This document shows positions 56,221 to 64,000 of a DNA stretch of 64,000 bases, one piece after another. Below the pieces are notes generated by a model. The model had not been told where the DNA came from and searched no databases. It worked only from the letters and a program-made list of their open reading frames with translations. The stretch's first letter is position 1. Every line of letters begins with the position of its first letter. Both the position numbers and the translations under genes were made by a program. The stretch comes from Flavobacteriales bacterium (GTDB taxonomy: Bacteria > Bacteroidota > Bacteroidia > Flavobacteriales_F > PHOS-HE28), in NCBI GenBank assembly GCA_044226515.1, contig JBGAGX010000003.1, positions 136,721 through 200,720 on the forward strand. The letters run 5' to 3'.

Positions 56221-57402
56221 ATGACCGAGAAGATGACCGTTGGCGTGATCGGCGCCGGCACCATGGGCAGTGGCATCGCGCAGGTGGCGGCCCAGGCCGG
56301 GCACCCCACCCTGTTGTTCGACACCCGGGCCGAGGCCGTGGAGAAGGCGATCGCCGGCCTGAAGCGCACCCTGGACAAGCTCGCGGAGAAAGGCAAGCTC
56401 ACCCCCGAGGTGGCGGCACGTACCGCCGCCCGCATCACCCCGGCCACCGACCTGAAGGCCCTCGCCGGGTGCGGCCTGGTGATCGAGGCCATCGTGGAGG
56501 ACCTTGGCGTGAAGCGCAAGGTGTTCGGCGAGCTGGATGCCCTGCTCTCCCCCGACGCGGTGCTCGCCAGCAACACCAGCAGCCTCAGCATCACCGCCAT
56601 CGCCGCTGGCTGCACGCGCCCCGGCCGTGTGGTGGGCCTGCACTTCTTCAACCCGGCCCCCCTGATGCCCCTGGTGGAGGTGGTGCCCGGTGTGGCCACC
56701 GACCCGCGTGTGACCGACGCCGCCCGCGAGCTGATGACCGATTGGGGCAAGGTGGCCGTGACCTGCAAGGACACCCCCGGCTTCATCGTGAACCGGGTGG
56801 CCCGTCCCTTCTACGGCGAGAGCATCCGGATCTTCGAGGAAGGCGTGGCGGACATGGCCACCATCGACCATGCCCTGCGCACGGCGGGCGGTTTCCGCAT
56901 GGGTCCCTTCGAGCTCATGGACCTCATCGGCAACGACATCAACTTCACCGTGACGCGCACCGTGTGGGAGAGCTTCTTCTACGATCCGCGGTACAAGCCG
57001 AGCTTCACCCAGCAGCGCGTGGTGGAGGCCGGCTGGTTCGGGCGCAAGACCGGCCGCGGGTACTACGCCTACGATGCGGAAGGCCGACCGACCGGCACGG
57101 GCGCCCCTTCCACCGACGCCCGGCTCGCCGAGCGCATCGTGGAACGCGTGCTCGCCATGCTCATCAACGAGGCCGCCGACGCGCTCTTCCTGCAGGTCGC
57201 CTCGGCCACCGACATCGACCTGGCCATGACCAAGGGCGTGAACTACCCGAAGGGTCTGCTCGCCTGGGCGGATGAGAAGGGGGCCGCGCATTGGCTGGCC
57301 GTGCTCGAAGGCCTCCAGGCCGAGTACGGGGATGATCGCTACCGCCCAAGTCCCCTGCTGCGCCGCCTGACGCGGGCCGGTGGGCGCCTCCTTACGGCTT
57401 GA
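56221..57402 (+). CDS. paaH: 3-hydroxyacyl-CoA dehydrogenase (PaaH-like)
   Basis: GVIGAGTMGSGIA, IEAIVE, SNTSS, GLHFFNP, PGFIVNR, MGPFELMDLIG. Confidence 0.8.
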   Translation: MTEKMTVGVIGAGTMGSGIAQVAAQAGHPTLLFDTRAEAVEKAIAGLKRTLDKLAEKGKLTPEVAARTAARITPATDLKALAGCGLVIEAIVEDLGVKRKVFGELDALLSPDAVLASNTSSLSITAIAAGCTRPGRVVGLHFFNPAPLMPLVEVVPGVATDPRVTDAARELMTDWGKVAVTCKDTPGFIVNRVARPFYGESIRIFEEGVADMATIDHALRTAGGFRMGPFELMDLIGNDINFTVTRTVWESFFYDPRYKPSFTQQRVVEAGWFGRKTGRGYYAYDAEGRPTGTGAPSTDARLAERIVERVLAMLINEAADALFLQVASATDIDLAMTKGVNYPKGLLAWADEKGAAHWLAVLEGLQAEYGDDRYRPSPLLRRLTRAGGRLLTA

Positions 57403-57509
57403 ACCGATCGTCCATCGCCATGTTCCCCTGTTCCGCTGGATATTATTTTCCATGGAACTGTTTTTCTTGTTTGCTTTGCGCCCCGAAACCAACCTCACCC
57501 TCAACGAAC

Positions 57510-58151
57510 ATGAAGACCGAACTGACCATCGTGGCCCTTGGCGCCACGCTGCTCGTGGCCTGCGGCCCGAGCGAGGCCGAACAGCAAGCCGCGCGCGAGA
57601 AGGCCATCCAGGACAGCATCGCCGCCGCCGCCTCGGCCGAAAAGACCTACATGGTGGATGCTTCCGCCAGCACGCTCACCTGGAAGGGTGTGATGCTGGG
57701 CGTGAAGAGCCACTTCGGCACCGTGGGCCTGCAGAGCGGCACGATCGTGGCGAAGGGTCCCCTGCTCGCCGGTGGTGAATTCGTGGTGGACCTCAAGGCC
57801 ATCGCGCCGCTGGACAGCACCTACAACAAGGACTACACGAAGGACAAGCTGATCGGCCACCTGCAAAGCGCCGACTTCTTCGCCGTGGACAGCTTCCCCA
57901 CCGCTTCGCTGAAGATCACCGGCGTGGAGGGCAACACCGCCACCGCCGACCTCACCGTGCGCGGCAAGACCAACAGCGAGAAGGTGACCGACATCGTGCT
58001 CACCCCGAACGCCGACGGCACCCTCAGCGCCACCGGCAAGCTGGTGTTCAACCGCCAGAAGTACGGCCTGGTGTGGAGCAGCGGTTCCAAGGATGCCGTG
58101 CTCAGCGACGACATCGAAGTGGACGTGAAGCTCATGGGCCGGGCCCAGTGA
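57510..58151 (+). CDS. YceI family lipoprotein
   Basis: Lipobox LVAC; S.LTWKG, GHLQSADFFAVD.FPTA, DLTVRGKT. Confidence 0.85.
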   Translation: MKTELTIVALGATLLVACGPSEAEQQAAREKAIQDSIAAAASAEKTYMVDASASTLTWKGVMLGVKSHFGTVGLQSGTIVAKGPLLAGGEFVVDLKAIAPLDSTYNKDYTKDKLIGHLQSADFFAVDSFPTASLKITGVEGNTATADLTVRGKTNSEKVTDIVLTPNADGTLSATGKLVFNRQKYGLVWSSGSKDAVLSDDIEVDVKLMGRAQ

Positions 58152-58170
58152 AGCGCTTTCGGTGAAAGCA

Positions 58171-58207
58171 GGAAGGCGCTGCCCGAAAGGGTGGCGCCTT
58201 CCGCTTT
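58171..58207. terminator. Hairpin between convergent genes
   Basis: GGAAGGCGC-TGCCC-GAAA-GGGTG-GCGCCTTCC, followed by TTTT. Confidence 0.7.
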
Positions 58208-58208
58208 T

Positions 58209-58871
58209 CTACCCCTTGCCGAGCAGGAATTCGTTCATGGGCCGCATGGCGTGGTAGTGCTCCAGCACGATGTCGGCGAGCTTCGGGTCGGTGACCAACT
58301 TCGCGGGCAGTTCGTGGCCGTAGTAGAACTGCTTGTTGTAGATCACCGGTTCCTTGGCGGCGGCGGCCTTCAGCTCCGCGGGGATCACCTTGTTGCGATC
58401 CCCCTGCATGGCACCGAAGAGCCGCACGAAATCGGGCGCCTCGTGGAGCTTGCGGAAGCGCTTCAGGTCGCCGGCGATGCGCTCGCGGATGCGCTGCACC
58501 TCGTCACGCTCGGGCATGTAGCGGCCTCCGTAGATGGCCACATGCTCCGGCCCGAGCTGGAAGTAGATCCCCGGAACGCCATGGTCCTTGCGCCCTTCAG
58601 GTGACACCAGGGCCGCGCAGTGCAGCTTGTACGGGGTCTTGTCGGTGCTGAAGCGGATGTCGCGGTTGATGCGGAAGATCGCGTCCTTGGGCTCGATGTG
58701 CACCCGCTTGTCCGCCACATGCACCCGGCGGATGATCTCCAGCACGAAGGCGTGGAACGGCTGCTTCACGCTCGTTTCGTAGCGCTTGCGGTTGGCATCG
58801 AACCATTCCTTGTGGTTGTGCTTCGCGAGGTCCTTGAAGAAGCGGTTGAAGTCGTCGGTGAACCAGGCCAT
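58209..58871 (-). CDS. DUF2461 family protein
   Basis: KEWFDANRKRYE, IFRINRDIRFS.DKTPYK. Confidence 0.88.
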   Translation of the reverse strand: MAWFTDDFNRFFKDLAKHNHKEWFDANRKRYETSVKQPFHAFVLEIIRRVHVADKRVHIEPKDAIFRINRDIRFSTDKTPYKLHCAALVSPEGRKDHGVPGIYFQLGPEHVAIYGGRYMPERDEVQRIRERIAGDLKRFRKLHEAPDFVRLFGAMQGDRNKVIPAELKAAAAKEPVIYNKQFYYGHELPAKLVTDPKLADIVLEHYHAMRPMNEFLLGKG

Positions 58872-58953
58872 GGGTGCTTACATTCGGGTTCCTTCCGCGC
58901 AAGTTGGCATGCGAACGCGCTCGTTGAACACCGCACCTGAACTTTTCGGACCG

Positions 58954-59427
58954 ATGTACGTGGCCTCCGTTCCCAGCCCCATCGGCAAGGTGTACATCGA
59001 GTGCGACGGCGAGCGCATCACGCGGGTCTCGTTCGACGCGCTGGGCCGCGGGCACGGTGGCCGTGCACCGAAGATGCTGAAGGAGGCCCAGGAACAGCTG
59101 AAGGCCTACTTCGCGGGCCGCCGGAGGAAGTTCGACCTGCCCTTGTACCAGGTGGGCTCGGCCTACCGGAAGGCCGTGTGGGACCAGCTCAGCGGCGTGG
59201 CGTACGGCAAGGCCATCACCTACGAGCAGCTCGCGGCCACCGTGGGGGGCAACGCCCGGTCGGCCGGTACGGCCTGCGGCGACAACCCGCTGCTGATCCT
59301 GGTGCCGTGCCACCGCGTGGTGGGCAAGAACGGCCTGCTGAGCGGTTATGCCGGCGGCATCTGGCGCAAGAAGTGGCTGTTGGAGCACGAAGGGGTGCTG
59401 GCCAAGGAGCTCTTCGCCGGGGCGTGA
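58954..59427 (+). CDS. ogt: Methylated-DNA-protein-cysteine methyltransferase
   Basis: PCHRV active site, GYAGG.WRK.WLL.HE. Confidence 0.92.
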   Translation: MYVASVPSPIGKVYIECDGERITRVSFDALGRGHGGRAPKMLKEAQEQLKAYFAGRRRKFDLPLYQVGSAYRKAVWDQLSGVAYGKAITYEQLAATVGGNARSAGTACGDNPLLILVPCHRVVGKNGLLSGYAGGIWRKKWLLEHEGVLAKELFAGA

Positions 59428-59449
59428 GGCTCCCCTACCTTCGCCGCCC

Positions 59450-59890
59450 ATGAGCCCACAGCAACTGGCCGAAAAGGTCGTGGCCCGCATGTACGACCAT
59501 GACCCCTTCAGCATCTGGCTGGGGATCGAGCGGGTGCTTGTGCTTCCCGGCCTGTGCCAGTTGCGCATGACCGTGCGCGAGGAGATGCTGAACGGCTTCG
59601 CCATCGCCCACGGCGGCATCACCTATTCCCTCGCCGACAGCTGCCTGGCCTTCGCCTCCAACGCCCATGGCATCCAATGCGTGAGCGTGGAGACCTCCAT
59701 CAGCCACACGCGCCCCGTGAAGGCCGGTGACGTGCTCACCGCCACCAGCGAGGAGAAGAGCCTGAGCCGGAGCATCGGCATCTACTACATCACCATCAAC
59801 GACGCGCACGGCAAGCAGGTGGCCCTCTTCAAGGGCACGGTGTACCGCACCGGCAAGCCCTGGTTCCCCGAAGCGCCATCGAACCCCTGA
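59450..59890 (+). CDS. paaI: PaaI/PaaD hotdog thioesterase
   Basis: MYDHDPFS.WLG, NGFAIAHGGITYSLAD..LAFASN, ALFKGTVYR. Confidence 0.85.
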   Translation: MSPQQLAEKVVARMYDHDPFSIWLGIERVLVLPGLCQLRMTVREEMLNGFAIAHGGITYSLADSCLAFASNAHGIQCVSVETSISHTRPVKAGDVLTATSEEKSLSRSIGIYYITINDAHGKQVALFKGTVYRTGKPWFPEAPSNP

Positions 59891-59891
59891 G

Positions 59892-61097
<1,206 letters not shown>

Positions 61098-61174
61098 TCG
61101 GCGCGGTCCTTGGAACGGCCGATCCCCTGACGACCTCTATTTTCACGTCCCCTTCGCGGAACCTTCACACCACC

Positions 61175-62788
61175 ATGCACCTCCGGAACCTCACCCGAAC
61201 CCTGCTCATCCCCACCGCACTCGCCGTTGCCCTGCCCACCCTCGCCCAGGAGAGCAAGGTGCGCGTGAAGGTGGTGGAGGAAGCCGAGAACAAAGCCGGC
61301 AAGGAGCTGGGCGTCACCAAGATCGTGAAGGGTGATGCCGGTTCGGTGGTGGTGCTGCGCACCAAGGGCGGCAAAGCGGCGCTGGGCGGGCTCAGCCAGG
61401 TGCAGACCGACTGGTCGTTGTGGGCCTATGCCGCGGAGACCATGGCCCCGATCAAGAACGACAAGCCCAAGATCGTGTGGGGCGAAGGTCCGGTGACGCT
61501 GGAGACCATCGAGCACTTCAACAAGCAGTTCCGCCTCATCGCCAGCAAGCCCGACCCGGAGCGCAACGTGCTGCTGATCCTGCAGCAGGCGCTGAGCCCC
61601 CGCAGCTTGACCGGTAAGGGCGCCCAGCTCATCACCGAGATCCGCTACGACCGGCTCGGCAAGGGACCGGAGTACTTCCAGGCCAACGTCCACGTGGGCT
61701 TCAACACGCTCGTGAACGCCGACAGCACCAAGCTGCTGCTGCAGCTCACGCCCAACACCACCACCCGCAGCGCGGGCTGCCCGGTGTACGCCATGGTGCT
61801 CGACAAGGACCTCAAGCCCCTGTGGAACTGGACCCTGCAGACCGATGCCGCCGCCCGTGAGGTGCGGATCCTCGACACCCAGGTGGACAAGGCCGGGGCG
61901 GTGTGGTACCTGATCAAGAACGTGTCCGACCCTGCCCCCAAGACCAAGGGTGAGCTGGGGTATTCGCTCGCGCTCTACAAGCTCGACAGTGCCGGCCAGC
62001 GCGTGGTGCCCATCGACCTGCCCGGCGCCGACCAGGCCATCGACGCCACCTTCGCGCTCAAGGGGAACGGCGACGTGATCGTGGCCGGTGCCTATGGCAC
62101 CAACGAGTTCAACCGCAACGAGACCGTGGGCCTGTACTTCAATACGCTCTCGGGCAACGAGCTGAAGTGGGGGAACTGGAAGACCAACGAGCTGGTGAAG
62201 CAGGAGGTGATGGTGAAGACCCGCAAGGAGGAGCGCCTGCAGAACGACATCGTGATCGACCGGGTGGTGCCCAAACGCGACGGAGGGGCCTACCTGGTGG
62301 CCCGTGGCAGCGCGCTGGTCACCGTGATGGTGAGCGACCTGAGCGGAGCGAAGAAGCCCAAGACCAGCTGGGACGATTGGGACCTGCACGTGATGGAGCT
62401 GGGCCCCGCCGGCGACCTGAAGTGGTACCGCCAGATCGACCGCAGCATGTCGTACGAGAACGACAGGCCGGGCCGCCTGATCACCACCGGGTTCGACGAT
62501 CAGCTCTTCATCTTCCTGAACGACGACCTGGGCAACTCCGAGAAGCGCAAGGCCAAGGAGGAGCTTGCCACCATCACCGGCTGCAAGGACGCCATCCTGT
62601 TCGAGTTCAAGCCCGACGGCACGGAGAAAGCGCGCGCGGTGCTCACCGAAGGCCCGGGAGGATGCCTGCACCCCTCCTCCATCTGGCGCCTTGGTGCCGG
62701 CACCATCGCCACCTTGGGGGCCGGCGGCTTCGACGGCGACGGCGCCGTTCCGGTGCTCATTCAGCTCAGCAAGGACGCCCGGAAGTAA
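61175..62788 (+). CDS. Exported hypothetical protein (beta-rich)
   Basis: Signal peptide ...PTLAQ; long ORF with host-like codon usage; no family recognised. Confidence 0.65.
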   Translation: MHLRNLTRTLLIPTALAVALPTLAQESKVRVKVVEEAENKAGKELGVTKIVKGDAGSVVVLRTKGGKAALGGLSQVQTDWSLWAYAAETMAPIKNDKPKIVWGEGPVTLETIEHFNKQFRLIASKPDPERNVLLILQQALSPRSLTGKGAQLITEIRYDRLGKGPEYFQANVHVGFNTLVNADSTKLLLQLTPNTTTRSAGCPVYAMVLDKDLKPLWNWTLQTDAAAREVRILDTQVDKAGAVWYLIKNVSDPAPKTKGELGYSLALYKLDSAGQRVVPIDLPGADQAIDATFALKGNGDVIVAGAYGTNEFNRNETVGLYFNTLSGNELKWGNWKTNELVKQEVMVKTRKEERLQNDIVIDRVVPKRDGGAYLVARGSALVTVMVSDLSGAKKPKTSWDDWDLHVMELGPAGDLKWYRQIDRSMSYENDRPGRLITTGFDDQLFIFLNDDLGNSEKRKAKEELATITGCKDAILFEFKPDGTEKARAVLTEGPGGCLHPSSIWRLGAGTIATLGAGGFDGDGAVPVLIQLSKDARK

Positions 62789-62813
62789 ACTTGCGCCCTC
62801 AGACGGACCGACC

Positions 62814-63419
62814 ATGCTCCCCCAGGAACAGATCAACACCTTCATCGCCGAACAGGACGAGTGGAAGCGCCGCATCCTTGTGCGGTTGCGCCAGCTCATC
62901 CACCAGGCCGACCCCAACATCGAGGAGACCTGGCGCTGGGACAAGCCCCACTTCGACCACAACGGCATCATGGTGGGCATGGGCGCCTTCAAGGAGTTCG
63001 TGAGCGTGTGGTTCCACAAGGGCGGGCTCATCAAGGACCCGAAGAAGCTCTTCGAGCCGCAGGCCAAGGGCGACGAAAAGGGCATGCGGGCCTACAAGAT
63101 CCGTGAGGGCGAGGGCATCAACGAGGCCGCCTTCTCCGACCTGGTGAAGAAGGCCATCGCCCTGAACGCCAAGGGCACCAAGGTGACCGATGCGCGTGGC
63201 CCGCGCAAGGCGCTGGTGGTGCCGGAGGAGCTTGAATCGGTGCTGCGCAAGGACCCCACCGCGTGGGCGAACTGGGAGGCCTTCACATACGGCCACAAGA
63301 AGGAGTACGCCGAGTGGGTGGCCGATGCCAAGCGCGAGGAGACCCGCAAGCGGCGCATCGCACAGGCCCTGGAGATGATCCGCGAGGGCAAGGGGCAGAG
63401 CGAACGCACCAAGGCTTAA
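62814..63419 (+). CDS. YdeI/OmpD-associated family protein (DUF1801 + OmdA)
   Basis: IEETWRWDKP, WFHKG, KKEYAEWVADAKREETRKRR. Confidence 0.85.
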   Translation: MLPQEQINTFIAEQDEWKRRILVRLRQLIHQADPNIEETWRWDKPHFDHNGIMVGMGAFKEFVSVWFHKGGLIKDPKKLFEPQAKGDEKGMRAYKIREGEGINEAAFSDLVKKAIALNAKGTKVTDARGPRKALVVPEELESVLRKDPTAWANWEAFTYGHKKEYAEWVADAKREETRKRRIAQALEMIREGKGQSERTKA

Positions 63420-63485
63420 CAGTTCTTCACACCGCGCACCGGCGCCCCGGGTGCGGGTCCGGTACCTTCGGCGAAGCCATCGGCC

Positions 63486-64000
63486 ATGGAGATCCGCATC
63501 GAGGACCTGACCAAGCGCTACGGTGCACAGACCGCCGTGGACGCGATCAGCTTCACCGTGCGCGCCGGCGAGGTGCTCGGTTTCCTGGGCCCGAACGGGG
63601 CCGGCAAGACCACCACCATGAAGCTGATCTGCGGGCTCACCGCCGCGGATGGCGGGCGCATCACCGTGGGAGGCCGCGATGTGGAGCGCGAGCCCGAGGC
63701 CGTGCGCCGGATGATCGGTTATCTGCCCGAAAGCAACCCCCTGTACGAGGACATGCCCGTGCTCGACCTGCTGCGCTTCACGGCCCGTATCCAGGGCGTT
63801 CCCGCCGACCGCATCAACGACCGCCTCTCCGCCATGGTGGAGGCCTGCGGCCTCGAACGCGAGAAGCACAAGCGCGTGGGTGAGCTCAGCAAGGGCTACC
63901 GCCAGCGCGTGGGGCTCGCCCAGGCCATGGTGCACGACCCCGAGGTGCTCATCCTCGACGAGCCCACCACCGGCCTCGACCCCAACCAGATCGTGGAGAT
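63486..64000 (+). CDS. ABC transporter ATP-binding protein, GldA-like (truncated by window end)
   Basis: GFLGPNGAGKTTTMK, GYLPESNPLY, LSKGYRQRVGLAQA, LILDEPTTGLDPNQI. Confidence 0.85.
   Translation, partial: MEIRIEDLTKRYGAQTAVDAISFTVRAGEVLGFLGPNGAGKTTTMKLICGLTAADGGRITVGGRDVEREPEAVRRMIGYLPESNPLYEDMPVLDLLRFTARIQGVPADRINDRLSAMVEACGLEREKHKRVGELSKGYRQRVGLAQAMVHDPEVLILDEPTTGLDPNQIVE

Overview
High-GC Bacteroidota chromosomal window, probably Flavobacteriales-like. The evidence is gldF/gldG/gldA-type genes, a T9SS C-terminal domain and recurrent TAnnTTTG-type -7 promoter boxes. Most of it is housekeeping: nucleoside phosphorylase, DEAD-box helicase, PhoD, OmpA, MsrA, tRNA-Gly and tRNA-Pro, an OmpR-family regulator, rpmE2, serC-serA-DUF1015-yggS, purC, phoH, dnaN and paaH/paaI/thiolase. 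Two accessory regions stand out. (1) 4.2-13.3 kb is a compact glycan locus built from fused ORFs (Wzx-GT4 and GT2-O-antigen ligase-GT4). (2) 26.2-35.9 kb is the ligase-associated DNA-damage operon (exonuclease, ATP ligase, Lhr-type helicase, PdeM), split by a ~3.7 kb insert. The insert holds an AAA/DUF4143 ATPase bracketed by two 37-bp dyad-symmetric direct repeats, a decayed tyrosine recombinase with an integron-integrase-like tail, and an AT-rich promoterless lipoprotein gene flanked by complementary core sites and a 60-bp attC-like element. Together these look like an integron-like gene cassette in a Bacteroidota genome. REP-like palindromes and 7-8-mer arrays lie in frame inside genes of the same operon. 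All calls come from motif recognition by eye; no database searches were run.
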